Part shown: piece after piece, positions 27,889-43,020 of the stretch | Numbering within the stretch: position 1 is the first letter of the stretch | Layout of the letters: each line of letters begins with the position of its first letter | DNA from: the human T2T-CHM13v2.0 reference genome, Homo sapiens | Direction: 5' to 3' (one strand) | NCBI RefSeq assembly: GCF_009914755.1 | Contig: NC_060935.1 | DNA length: 64,000 bases | The notes under the pieces: generated by a model | Database searches by the model: none | What the model saw: the letters and a program-made list of their open reading frames with translations, nothing else | Told to the model about the DNA's origin: nothing | Made by a program: the position numbers and the translations under genes

Positions 27889-29735
27889 ATACTATATGTA
27901 AAAATTAACTAAAAATGGATCATACATCTAAATGTAAGAGCTAAAATCACAAAACTTCTAGAAGATATCTTAGTGACCTTGGATTTCTCAAAGACTTCTT
28001 AAAGATGGCACAAAAAGCACAAACTATAAATGAAAAAAAAAAAAAAGGATGAATTGTACTTCATCAAAATTAAATACTTCTGCTTTTTAAAAGACTCTGT
28101 TAAGAAAATAAAAAGGTAAGCCACAAACTTGGAGAAAGTATTTGCGAAACATATATTTGGCAAAAGACTTCTAACTAGAATACATAAATAACTCTTACAA
28201 CCCAATAAGAAGACAACCCAACTTTTTAAAATGGGCAAAATATTTGAACAGACATTTCACCAAAGATTTATAAATGACAAAATAAGTGCATGAATTAATA
28301 CCATTAATCATTAGGGAAATGCAAATTAGGAAAATAATAAGGTTTCACTGTGCACTGTAGCTACTAGAATGGCTAAAATTTGAAAGACAGATCATATCAC
28401 ATGTTGACAAGGATGTGGAACAACAGAAATTCTTGTATACTGCATGTTGGAAATGTAAAATAATACAACAATTTGGAAAAGAGTTTGGCTATTTCTTAAA
28501 AAGCTAAATATACACCTACCACATGATCTAACCATTTTACTCCTAGGTATTTACCCAAGAGAAATGAAGGCATATGCCTACACAGAGGCTTATACATGAA
28601 TATACATAGCTTTAACTGTAATAGGCCCAAACTGGAAACAACCAAATGTCCATGAGTAGGTGAATGGAAAATAAATTGTGGCATATCCACAAAATGGAAT
28701 ATTACTAAGCAATAAGAAGGAATGGTTGATTGGTATACCTCAACAACATGGATGAGTCTCAAAATAACTATTTTGAGTGAAAGAAGCCAGATCCTCCCCC
28801 GCAATAAAAGAGTACCTGTGGTGTGACGCCATTCATATACAATTCTAGGCAATCCAAACTAATCTATAGTGACAAAATTCAGATCAGTGGTTGCCTGGGA
28901 ATGCGGGAGCAGTGTTGTGGAGATGGGTGGGAGGGTAGTACCACAAAGGAGTGGGAGGAAACTTTTTGGAGTGATGGATATGTTCATCTTCTTGATTTTA
29001 AATGATGGTTTCACAGATGCATATGTTGAAACTTCTCAACTCGTACATTTTAATCATGCACAGTTTATTGTATGCCAATTATACCTCAATAAACTTGTTT
29101 AAAAAAGACATAGCTAGTTGAATTTTAAAGGGTTTTGTATTGTGGCCTAAACAGTCATGAAAAGTGCTCTGCACAAATTGCCTTCAACTTTGTAAAATAG
29201 AGCCATTACTCCTTCTTATATCTCATGGGGAGTATAGTGAGGATTGACAAGGAAAAGACTAAAAGACTAAAATATTTAAAATCAGTATTAAATTAATATT
29301 ATTAATGACATCTCTAGATACCTTCTCATCACAACAGCTTTCTTCTTCTTACCTTTGCATGAGCATAATGAATTAATTAGAATGTAAAACAGAACAAGAC
29401 AGTAATAAAGATTATCTTAAAAAACAAAATAGAAGAGATTAGAAATCCTCTGTGGAATAGGAATTTTGAAGCTACTTTGCAGCAGAATAAGGAAAACTTT
29501 ATTTTTCTTACATATAAAAAAGTATAAGAAAAATATTTGTAGGAAACCACATATATAAATAGTAAAAGTTATGGAAGAAGAAACCTCTAAGTTTTTTATA
29601 AGAAGAAGGATCATTTTGCCATGAGTCTTGTAATTTGTAATGTATGTTCAGATTTTCATAGTTTTTTAAATAAGTATTTTCCAGTTAAAGAAAACACAGA
29701 GGCTTTGATAAATTCTAGTAAACATGGTCCTGTAG

Positions 29736-30101
<366 letters not shown>

Positions 30102-32511
30102 TGGTATATTTTTTTCTAGGAAAGTATGTCCAATGTCTCCTGCTTTTTTGTAAGGTCACTAAGCATCTGTGTTAGGACTGTGGGAATATATGAGGAAGAC
30201 CCTGAGTGGCTATGGATTGTAAACATTTTTAACTTTCCGTATGTAATTCATAAAATCATAAAGTTGAAAAAAGACTGCCTAACAATCGCCTGGTCCAATA
30301 TTCTTCTTTTAGAGGTGAGGAAGCTGAGACCCAAAGATGGAAAGTGATTCATCTAAGGGGTACAGAGCAAGTTAATTAAACTGGGTTAGAATCCAGATTT
30401 CCTGGCCACTAGTCCAGTGCTTTTCCTAACAATACACTACTGCTTTTAATTCTGTCAGTGTAGAATAAGAGGAACACCTAGTCACCTAAAATTAAGACGA
30501 AAGCTTCATCATTTTCTAGGACTTTGAGGCTTTTCTATCTCATTGATTTCTTCTTTCTGGCTGCTTCTACTCAAACTTTGTTCTCAGCCTTCTGCTCTTA
30601 TTTTTTAAATGTTTGGGGCCGGGGGGCGGTGGTGCTCATGCACTCACAGCTTTAATTTTCACCAGTGTTGAGATGGTTTCCAAATCTACATTGCCAATTG
30701 TTATCTTTCATTGGTGTTCTAATCCGGTATTTCCATATTTACACATAATATCTCTCATAGGAATGAATGTACCACAGCAAGGGTGCCTTGATTTCCATAC
30801 TAAAGTGGCTTCAGAATTCCAGCGTATCTGTGCTGGTGTCAGTCAATAGCAACCGCAATAGTTCTTGGCAGAGATGGCAGAGCCTAGAGAATTCTGTGGT
30901 TGCTGGAGGAAAAGGCAGCAGTCTCCAGTGGACAAGACATCATGTAGAGAAGTAGCACTGTTACTTGGTAGATGCCACCTAGGATATTACCAGGGAATCA
31001 GCAGTAGAGTCTGGCAGAGTCAGCAGTTCCTTGTGGGTGTGGCAGTGCCCAGAAGATATAGAAGCAGTGCCTAGTAGGGGCAGCAGTACCAGCTAGATGT
31101 GGTGATACCTAGAGGAAATAGTTATGGAGGAAGATGGACAAAACAAGGGGAAGTGGTCAGTGTGCCTAGCGGGAGATATGATAGTATTCACTGGAGTAGA
31201 ATTAGTGGAATTAGTGGAGTAGACCAGTGGGAAAACACTTAATGCTATGTGGAAGGTGATCACACTTGCTTGTGAGCATATTTGAGTCACCTGCTTCCAG
31301 ATAAACCTAGAAGTTTGTTGTTCTGCGGGGAGCAGGATTCTGCTTTAATCGATTCAGAGAAAAGTTACATTGGTGCATCCCAAGCCATCATTCTGGGAAA
31401 GGAGAATAAAAGAAGTTTGGATATTACAACAAAAATAATTATCTTTGCCCCCATCCATACTTCATTTATATCAGGTAATAACCCTCAGTGCAGAGTTCTC
31501 TGAGAAAACTCTTTTAAGCATATGGCTTAAGCCTGGAGGCCTAAGTAGGATCCACGAAGAGAAAGATGCAACAGGGGCTGAGTCCAGCTATCTAACTCCA
31601 TATGTGGAATAGAAGTAATGGTAGAAAGTGGCTAACCTGCGTCTAGGGCGCAAGTCCTGCCAGAGGCTGAGACAGGAAGCAGAGAAGTGAGTGCCATGAA
31701 TGGGTGCTGAGCTTTAAGGTAGCTCAGCTACCTTGAAGTTTAAGGATAACCTCATCAATCAGTAAAATGTGTGTGCCTACCATTGAAAGTCTTGGTCTTT
31801 GTCAGTAGGTTTAGCGACTCCTCTTCCTATGAGTGGGGAATTGGAAAGGGGACATGAAGAAGTGGGAGCAAGGATGGGAATATTCTCTTGCTTATGTTAC
31901 AGTCCGAACTGTTCCCCAGCTCTGATTGTCACCACATGACTTTTTTCCTTCATGCAGATGCAGATTCCTCAGCTTTCCCACTGACTACTGAATGATTATT
32001 ATGTCATTTTGTTTGAGTATATTAGTGCTTTGATCTACCTGCCTCGGGGTTTCAGGCTTGGGGCAAGATCTCTTGCAGGCAAAGCCTTGCTTCTGTCCAA
32101 ATCAGGATCAAATTTGCCTCTTGCCTCTGCCCAGATACCAGTCAATACCAAGGGTGAGATGACATCATTTCTGATGCCTACTAATGGTATGTGCCTCATC
32201 CCACCCTCCTTTCTGGATTGACCACCCAGACATATTTTCCATGCTGGATCTTCATATTTAAACATCCTCTCCCCATATTTTTACTACATAGAAATTTCTG
32301 TTATGTTCTTTAACTTGATGGTATATCTTTGATACATTATTTTACTAATCTTTACTAATGGAGAAAACATAATATGATTTTAAGATATTTGGTTATGATA
32401 CTATAACATCGTATCGATGTTATATAACATCAATGTTTTATAACATTGAAGTCTTTGTTATTACTGTTATCATTTATGATGTTGACTTTGCTGAAATGTT
32501 GATCTTCATAG

Positions 32512-32855
<344 letters not shown>

Positions 32856-33646
32856 AGTCTTTTGGTATTCTTAATTGATTTTGTCTTTTTTTCTATCACA
32901 AAAATATTTTCAACTTCACTGAAGGCAAAATTCAAACAAAATAACAGTGGAGTGGTAAAATGAGTCTGGAAGTTATCAAAAAGGATTCTAATTTTCAGAA
33001 AATGATGGCAATCTAAAATTCTGCACTAAATGCTAAGAAAGCGTCCTAGGCTTCAAAGACTAAAATAGAAATATAGAGACCAAGGAATCAAATTTTTGCC
33101 AATACTTATTAGCTTTGTTGTTACTGAGGGAACTCAATTTGTTTTTAATTACCCACAGTCCAAAACACACTGCAGTTTAGTTTCTCTATTAAGATAAACA
33201 TCAGTTTGACTCACAGAAGTGAGTCAATGGCCAACTCAGAGAGTAAAGTTCAAGTATAGTAGCCTTTATGCATTCTTCTGGCTTGTTCATAGTTGCATTC
33301 TACACCAAAATAAAGTATTCAAGAAGAACAAAATTTAAGTGGACAGAAACAGTTAGCCCTGTACTGAGTGACCTTAGCACTTAATGCAGATAACTGGATA
33401 AAGGTATAACTTGCAGCTCATGAAATCTCAGTGAATAAATGTATACATGATGAATGTATATACATGTATTCATTCAACATTTACTCACAGCCTACTCAGT
33501 AAATGTGCTAGATTTACATATACTACCCAAGTGCTAAGAATGCAAGGAAAAATAAAATATGTACACAATTAACATAATACAATGTGGCATATAACACAGA
33601 TGTGTAAACAAATTTTAAAAAGAAAGAATGAGAAAAATTCATTAAT

Positions 33647-34202
33647 GTGATAGGAGGCAGCCTTCTAAAATGGCTCCCAATGATCTCCTCATCTTGGTAT
33701 TCATGCCCTTGTATAATCCCTTCCACTTAAGCATGGGCTGGACATAGTGACTTGCTTCCAATGAATAAAATATGGCAAAAATAATCGGATGTCACTTCGA
33801 AGATTAGATCTAAAAGATTATAACTTTCATCTTGCCAGCACGCTTCCTCTCTGGCTCTTCTTGCTTATTGCTCTGATGAAGCAAACCGCTATTTTGTGAG
33901 CTGTCCCAAAGGGGAGGTTTGCTAGGAAAGAACTGAGGGTAGCCTTTGGCCAACTGCAAACAAGGAATTAATCCTGTCAACAACCATGCGAGTGAGCTTG
34001 AAAGTTAATTCTATTCCAGTCAAATCCTGAGATGACTAAGCCCTGGAAGACAGTTGAATTGCAGCTTTGTGAGAGACCCCGAAGCAGGGGACCCAGTTAC
34101 CCATGCCTGGTTTCCTGATCCACAACAATGTTAGATAATAAATGCTGTAAAAGTCATGAAGTTTTTAGATAATTTGCTTTTCAACAATTGATAACTCATA
34201 CA
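33647..34202 (+). mobile_element. MLT1-type MaLR LTR
   Basis: 'ttctaaaatggctcccaatgatc...ttagataataaatgc...gataactcataca'. Confidence 0.7.
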
Positions 34203-34869
34203 ATTAGGAAGAAAAGGAAGGTGATTAAAATAGAAGGAATGGCAGTTGCAAAATGAGAGGGCATCGTACAGATTAAATTCTAGAATGGTAAATGAATTTG
34301 TGTAGCCATAGCATGAAGTATCCTTGCAGGAATGAATAAGGTTTGAGAAGAGGATTCAAGGTCAAATTGTAAAATGCACTCAGTGTCATTTATTTCACTG
34401 TTCCCTTACAGAAAACTTGCCAACTATTTTAAACAACAAAAAAAAGTTTAAGACAGGAAATTAGGTACTTATAAAATTATTGGAAGGGCTGGAGAAATAA
34501 TTTCTGGTCTCAGCCCCAGGAATGCCTCCCAGAGCAATTATCTCTGAATGGGTCCACTAGGGAAGCTTCCGTCTCCTCTATAATAAGAAAAGTGGGGAAG
34601 CAGGAGATGCAACTGTAATAGGTCTGTTGCTCAATGTGCATGGGAAGTCAATATGCCAAGACGCAGGGGTTGCAGCAGAGAAAGAGGTTTAATCATAGAT
34701 AGGGCTGCTGAACAAGGAGACAGAAGGAAACTTCAAATCTGTCTCCTCAGAAAATTTGAGGCTAAGGTTTTTAAGGGTTTCGGAGTGGGCCAGAGTATGG
34801 AGGTCATTGACTGGTCAAAGAGTGCAGGGGAAGTCATGTGACAGGAAGGTAAAGAAATGATATTCTCTC

Positions 34870-35890
34870 TCTCTAAAGAAAAGGAGGGGGCAAGAGCTCA
34901 TTGAAGAAATGGTTGATTCTAGAACCAGGGCAAAATAAGATACAAAAAAAGATACAAAATAAGAGGACACTGGAGCATCTTATAGTGCCAGAAAGTAGGG
35001 AAGTGCCCAATAAAAACACGAAGAAGGGAATATGTCAAAGGGATACAGGAGCAAATGGAAAGAGCTCCCAATAGTCCCAATAGTCAGTCTTCGAAAAAAT
35101 TGAGCAACAACATAAATAAAATAGTATTGTATTATTACCTAAAGTAGAAAATATTCTTGAGTCCATACTGATATGAATAAATTATTTAAAAAATAAATTA
35201 ATGAGGGGGAATAGATGAATCTCCTGTACAGGAAAAGCCCAAATAATTTATGTAGATATTCCACTTTTGAGGAAGCAGAGCATAACTCCTTTCTAATTAG
35301 GTGTGGGTTGTGCATAGTGACATCTTTTCAAAGAATATGGTATAGAGAAGAATAACTTTACAGTGGAGAAACCTGACAAACACTACCTCAGCCAGGTGCT
35401 TAAGGTGAACATCAGCAGTGATAGATCATGTTGATATAACATGATGAAAATGGCACTGTATTTCTGTGGTCTTCCTTCCCAAAACATACAGCTCCGGTGT
35501 AGTCATAAGAAAACATCAGAGAAATCCCAGCTGAGAGCTATCCTATATAATACCCAAATAGTACTCCTCAGAACTGACAAAATTATCAAGAACAAGAGAA
35601 GTCAGAGAAGCTGTCATAGCCAAGAGGACACGTGATGACTAAATGTAACGTGGTGTGCTGGGTAGGCTATTAGAACAGTAAAAGGACATTAGGTAAAAAC
35701 TAAGGAAATCAGAATAAAGTATGGACTTCAGTTAATAATAGCATATCAGCATTGTTTCATTAAGTTACAAATGCACCATACTAATATCAGATATTAATAA
35801 CGGGAAACTGGTGTGGATGTATGGGAAATCTTTGCACTATTTTCACATTTTTTTGGTAAATTTATTCTGAAATAAGTTTTTTTTTTTAAA
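34870..35890 (+). mobile_element. L1MC-type 3' end, preceded by an LTR fragment at ~34614-34870
   Basis: 'aactttacagtggagaaacctgacaaacactacctcagccagg' and terminal 'tgcaccatactaat...gggaaactggtg'. Confidence 0.65.
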
Positions 35891-36144
35891 AAAAGCAAAT
35901 AGTCTTCTAGATGCTAAAGGAGGAAATCTTAAATCACATCAGCACCGTTTGGAAATGTGGGCATTTCCTGAGGAACATAGAGAGAGGAGAGAATTCCTAT
36001 TTGATTTTAGTATTACGAAAAATGCTCTTAGATCAAACTTGACCTTTATAATAGACTATTACAGGAGTAACCCACTAAATTTTACTTATTTTAACTAGAA
36101 AATCCAACTAACAAAGAAGTGCTTTCCCTCCTGTTTAGAGGCTA

Positions 36145-37375
<1,231 letters not shown>

Positions 37376-37420
37376 GAGGCTTAATTTTTTTTTTTTCAAG
37401 CATGATATTTATTTTTTGTC

Positions 37421-37980
37421 TTTTTTTATTATTATACTTTAAGTTCTAGGGTACATGTGCACAATGTGCAGGTTTGTTACATATGTATACATGTGCCATG
37501 TTGGTGTGCTGCACCCATTAACTTGTCATTTACATTAGGTATATGTCCTAATGCTATCCCTCCCCCCTCCCCCCACCCCACGACAGGCCCGGTGTGTGAT
37601 GTTCCCTACCCTGTGTCCAAGTGTTCTCATTGTTCAATTCCCACCTATGACTGAGAACATGTGGTGTTTGGTTTTCTGTCCTTGTGATAGTTTGCTCAGA
37701 ATGATGGTTTCCAGCTTCATCCATGTCCCTACAAAGGACATGAACTCATCCTTTTTTATGGCTGCATAGTATTCCATGGTACATGTGTGCCACATTTTCT
37801 TAATCCAGTCTATATTGATGGACGTTTGGGTTGGTTCCAACTCTTTGCTATCTACAACTAGAAATACCATTTGACCCAGCCATCCCATTACTGGGTATAT
37901 ACCCAAAAGATTATAAATCATGCTGCTATAAAGACACATGCACACGTATGTTTATTGTGGCACCATTCATAATAGTAAAA
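37421..37980 (-). mobile_element. L1PA 3' end with 5' inversion (inverted part ~37851-37980)
   Basis: 'ttattatactttaagttctagggtacatgtgcacaa' on minus, then 'ctagaaataccatttgacccagc' in the opposite orientation. Confidence 0.88.
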
Positions 37981-39215
37981 CATTTTCTTTTTGGTGTGAG
38001 AGACCCTCCCATTCCTTAGTAAAAACGTATTTACTTGCATGTTATTATTGTCCTTACAAACTTGTTTTTCCCTAGAGCAATTGATTTTGCTTTAGGTACT
38101 AGCTGAAGGTCTAGAGGCAATACAATTTAGGATCCTTGTCTAGAAATCAATATGATTCAATTCTTTTCAAGCCAAATGATATCTGTAGACTCCAGTTGTG
38201 TGCAAGCCCTGTGTGGAGCCTCAAGTCATCTGCGTTAGTCCAGCTTCCTATTCTTGGAAATCAGCTTTGCTTGATTGGACCTATATTGGCATGTTAATGT
38301 TTGATGGTGGCCTGGCCTTTATAAAAGCATACAATTTTGCAGATGACTCCTTCTCAGGATAGAGTGTCTTTGCTCAAAGGAGTGGATTTATTCTGTGTGA
38401 GCCAGGGAGGCAGGCATGAAGAAGGGGCATTCTGAAAGGGCAGGGAAGATCCTTTGCACCAGCTGAAAATGCCATCACGTGGCTCTCCACCTGCCTCTTT
38501 TGAAGACTGGCTGTGGCGAGGTGGACTGTAGGTCTGAAGTGGGGAGATCTCTTGCATTCTTCCAATTTCTCTTTGTTCAGTGGAGAATAAAGAAAATTTA
38601 AATAAGGAGGAGATTTCTAGACCAAGCCCTAACTTTAGCTACCTGTGACATTGGTAGCTTCATTTTATTTACTCTGTGAATGAAGGGTTTAGAGGAAATT
38701 ATTCTGGATCCTTCTGAGCCTTATATTTTCTGACCCTATGAACTGGCTCAGGTAGGTCTTTGTTGAGGCTGGTGTCTACATCAATGAGGAGGCAGTTCTC
38801 AAAGTTCTTTAGTGGTTCTCTTTTTCTCCTTGTCATTGCCAACGGATTTAAGATAGATTCTGTGAAGTTGACACAGGAGTCCTAAGTTGTTTTCCTTACT
38901 TCACCCCTGTTGTTTGTGTTAAGTGTCCAATCTCAAGCTTGCATATTGGAATAGTTTACATTTCTATATTGTCATTTGCAAGAGAAGCACTGTGGAGTAG
39001 GGAAAGGAGCATGGGCTTTGCAGTCACTCTGACCTTTACCATTTAACTAGACCTGTGACCTCAGAAAGTGATTTAACTTCTCTAAACATCCAGTTTTCTA
39101 ATTAATAAAAATGGCAGTAATTATCCTCACCTCTCAGGGAAAGTGTAGAGATTAAATGAGGCAACATGTAAAATGACTGTCACTTAGTAGATGCTCCATA
39201 AATCAGCCAGCCCAC

Positions 39216-39281
39216 CCTTCCTTCCTTCCTTCCTTCCTTCCTTCCTTCCTTCCTTCCTTCCTTCCTTCCTTCCTTCCTTCC
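39216..39281. repeat. (CCTT)n tetranucleotide repeat
   Basis: Direct reading. Confidence 0.95.
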
Positions 39282-40302
39282 ATAATCATGGAAGTTACAT
39301 TCTTATCAGTATGTTTGCACATGATATTTGGGCTATTGAGTGATTTTATGTGGCTGGGCAGGGTTTTCTCCTCCCCACTTCCTCCTCCTGGATACGGCAC
39401 AAACCTGTTTAACAGGAGAAGGTGGTAGCATTCTAATATGTAGTAGATGCCCACAAGATGGGAGATGTGGTGTGGGAGATCTGTTTTTTTTTTTCAGCTA
39501 ACACACAGAGGGAAGATCACTACTTAGGCGCTTTCCCTCTTTTCTTCTTTACTCCCTGAGAAATGGATGAAGCTGATAAAGCTTAAGGACTGACAAACCA
39601 GTTTCAAACTCATAGACCTACTGGGGCAGGCAGGTGATATATATGAGGGACGTGGGCTGGGTGTGAAGAAAAGGCCACAGTGTTACAAAGTTCATAGGAA
39701 AGGGCACCTTTACTTTGGCATGAGTGTGCAACAGAGAGTCATGAGGACTGTGGTGAAACAAAAAGAGCAGACCCCATTGAAAGGGGACAGCTGCTACTCA
39801 GTATCAGATAATGATTGCTATGAGGGAACATGGGTTCTTTACTTCCAGATCTTTCCATTTTTAGAGGGAACCCAGAAATGTAACCATGTGAAATCTCTTG
39901 ATTTTTAATGCCTGGAAATGAAATCAAATTTTAAGATTATACTCCGTGGGCCAACCGGAAAAGATTATGCCAGCAGGTTGTGGCATCTGGGCCGAAGGAA
40001 CCACGGAGCTGTGGGGTCACTGGTGAGGGGAAGAAGACAATTAGCAGTCTAAGCGGGAGGGAAAGAGAAAACTAGAGAAGCAGGGCGGTCAAAAGTGAGA
40101 CGAATGAGCCATCCTGGATCTCCGGCTCCCTGGTGAATTCTGAAATGGATGGAAATGGAGGGCCAGCATCTCTAGTAAAGGACTGTTTAATGTGTATGTA
40201 CTTGGCCAACTCAAAATAAAATGTTTGGAGCATGAATAGCCCCATATGATATATGCTGTTTGGTTGACATATGCTTGTATTTTAACAACCAACATTGTCC
40301 CT

Positions 40303-40413
40303 TTTATTTTTGCAAACAATATGATATGATCTGGTCCTCACTTTAATTTTACATGAAAGGTATAATGCATCTACGTAAATAAGAAAGCAAAGAAGTTTTC
40401 TAAATGCTTTAAT
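40303..40413 (-). terminator. LYVE1: Candidate LYVE1 polyadenylation signals: ATTAAA 40408-40413 and AATAAA 40303-40308
   Basis: Hexamers ~1.2-1.3 kb past the stop; AATAAA is followed by GU-rich 'tgttggttgtt'. Confidence 0.6.
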
Positions 40414-41636
40414 TTTTTGTCACAAATATTTCTGCATCTCTCAGTCCCTTCTTGTTGGAAAAAGGAGGGCTAGTGATACATTTGTTAATGGCACTTTTAA
40501 AATGTGCTTTGGTATATAGAGGTAACAATGTACTTCTTAGGTATGTTAATAATAAATTAAGGTTATAATGGTTGCCATATTAGAGAAAATGAATAAGATT
40601 AGTCTCAGCAAAAACAAAAATTAGTTTGGAAGTAGATAAGCTAGAAATATCAAAACTGAAAAAAATAGCTTCCCAGATAGCGTTCTACTATGTGCAATTT
40701 TTTGAGGAATAATATTCAATTACAGAGTGTAATACCTTGCACAGCACTTGACATATAGTAGCTATTCAGCAAATGTTTGTTGAATTTTATTACTTTTTAA
40801 ACAAATTACTGAGTAATCTTCCTTAGTAATCATTTCTGTAACTCAGATAAAAATAGAAATTTATAAGAGTTTTTATTTTTGTTACTTGTAAAAGTATATT
40901 TCCTAGAGAAAATATCAGCAGTGGTAGAGACCAGAAAAAGTAAGTGTGTGTGTTCTAAACAGTGATTCCAACTCAATGTGTTCAGAGAAAACACTTTGAC
41001 CCTGTCTGTGTTTACAGTCCCTGCTGACAGTGTACTGTCGTATCCTCAGCCTTGTTCTATTTCTTTATTTTAGCTTTACAGAGATTAGGTCTCAAGTTAT
41101 GAGAATCTCCATGGCTTTCAGGGGCTAAACTTTTCTGCCATTCTTTTGCTCTTACCGGGCTCAGAAGGACATGTCAGGTGGGATACGTGTTTCTCTTTCA
41201 GAGCTGAAGAAAGGGTCTGAGCTGCGGAATCAGTAGAGAAAGCCTTGGTCTCAGTGACTCCTTGGCTTTCAACCCACCTAGCCTCAGACAGCCAGGAGGC
41301 CTTTTTACCACTGGATACTGATGAGATGTTTTAGGTCCTTGCACTTTGCAAAACTCCTTTCTCCCAGTGGGATATTATTAGGACATAGCCAGGCTAGAAA
41401 GGCCGTGGGAAGCTTTGGAGGTAGGAGGATAGGATCCAGACAGGGTTACAATAAGGAGAAGGGCATTCTCTTTGGTGCACTCCATAGTCCAATGGCAGTC
41501 CTGAGCTGATTCCAGTTAGGAACCAAGGGTGGACTTTCTTCTTTGGTTCTTTGGCCCTTTTGATTTCCCCAGCTGGGGCAGGGTAAGGAGCATGAAAGAA
41601 ACCAGCCTCAGGTGTGTCTCCTCATTTCTGTCTCAT

Positions 41637-41823
41637 CTAAACTTCAGCTTCCAGGCATCGCACGGTAGTTTTGCTTGGACTCTTGGACTCTTCTGGGTTT
41701 TTATCAGTTTTCTTTGATTCCTCATTAGGGTTGCTATCATTGGCCTTCTCCTCCTTTACTACTTTGGTTTCGATCATTTCCTTCTGCTGATTCTTGTTTG
41801 TAAAAGGGAAGGCCTTCACATAC
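41637..41823 (-). CDS. LYVE1: LYVE1 exon 6 CDS, cytoplasmic tail [20 protein letters not shown]...RCLEAEV*
   Basis: ORF 41637-41819; acceptor cctaaag| at 41824-41825; TAG at 41637-41639; the six exons sum to 969 nt. Confidence 0.97.
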
Positions 41824-42341
41824 CTTTAGGCAGAAACATGAAATTAAAGTGAGAGACTCTCACACATAACGATAGATAACACTTTTTGGCCATGGTACAT
41901 ATTGGCACAGTACACTGGATACCTTTATTTCAGAGTGATGCCAGCACATGCATGCTCTAATACATTAAGACATCACCACCTTAATGGATTCATTTAAATT
42001 GGACAATATGTTTGCAGGCCAGACTTTAGGCTGACCACATAACTCTTCCAACAAAAACAAAGAACCAAAAATCAAATAAAGCATATAAATTTTCCCCAGA
42101 TGTCAATTTTTTTTAATTTCTTGATTTTCAAAGGACAGTCATTGACTGATGGCTGGACGACATGCATGTCCTGAAATAGAAAAGATTGGGCTGAAGGGAA
42201 AGAGATGAGATGAGGGAGAAATTTATATCAGAGGACTGCTATCTCCATTTTGATCAGCAAAATGCCAACAGTGACCCTGAAAAAGCACAGGATAGAAACA
42301 TGACAAAGATTACAAGACTAGCAGTGCACCAACAACCCTAC

Positions 42342-42420
42342 CTTTTGACATAGCAAAATCCAAGACCAGCTGCAGCACCAAAGAAGAGGAGAGCAAGCAC
42401 TAGCAGAGCCGTGGGGACAC
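42342..42420 (-). CDS. LYVE1: LYVE1 exon 5 (79 nt), transmembrane helix [26 protein letters not shown]
   Basis: Hand translation; acceptor ttgcag| at 42421-42422, donor |gtaggg at 42340-42341. Confidence 0.97.
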
Positions 42421-43020
42421 CTGCAAGGAACAGAGACAAGGCCTGTTGGTCCTTCACTTAAACATTGTGTGTAATGCTCATTGCATGATCCAGGTGATTG
42501 AGACAGTAGACAGTACAGGAGAAAAACCTTCTCTGTAGCCCTTTATGATATTGGGCCCACACCAGCTTCTTTGCTTCATGCTTGTAGAATCATTGGCCTT
42601 GGTTCTCACACTCTCAATTCTATCAGTTGCAATATGACAGAGTTCATTTCTCCTCCATGGCCTTGAGACCTACTCTAGTCAACAAGCCTGCCTGAGAAAG
42701 AGATGACTAGAATAAAGTCATAGGCCTTTAGGGTATATATTTTAAAAAGAACTTATGCATAGGAACAGATAGTGATTTATTTTTAAAAGTCTTGAGTTTT
42801 CAACAGTGAAATTCTTTTATACTTACACTTTTTAGCTTAATCACTAAGGTTCTTTACAGCTCTCAGATTCTATGACTTCATGAAAGTTGAGTTTGTGTTA
42901 AGCTTTTATTAGTATTTGACAGGTCCTGAGCGCCTCATCTAAAGACAGGCAGGATTCTATGAATTATCTGTTATACATGAACATACATACACACGTAACA
43001 TAGACACAGAAACCATTTAC

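Larger units (their letters stand above)
25035..29105 (+). mobile_element. Old L1M (ORF2 3' part and 3'UTR) hosting two nested insertions
   Basis: L1 text resumes across both inserts ('gaaaactataaaa|acattgttaagagaaattaaagaagac'; 'ctcatac|tatatgtaaaaattaac'); ends 'tatacctcaataaacttgttt'. Confidence 0.85.

Noticed and set aside
26251-27912. Dense overlapping 60-130 aa ORFs on both strands
   Set aside because: All fall in a GC-rich solo LTR where stop codons are scarce; no recognisable protein
30770-31700. Purine-rich block with short ORFs, possible pseudogene
   Set aside because: No coherent frame or recognisable protein; more likely an ancient LTR relic that I cannot assign
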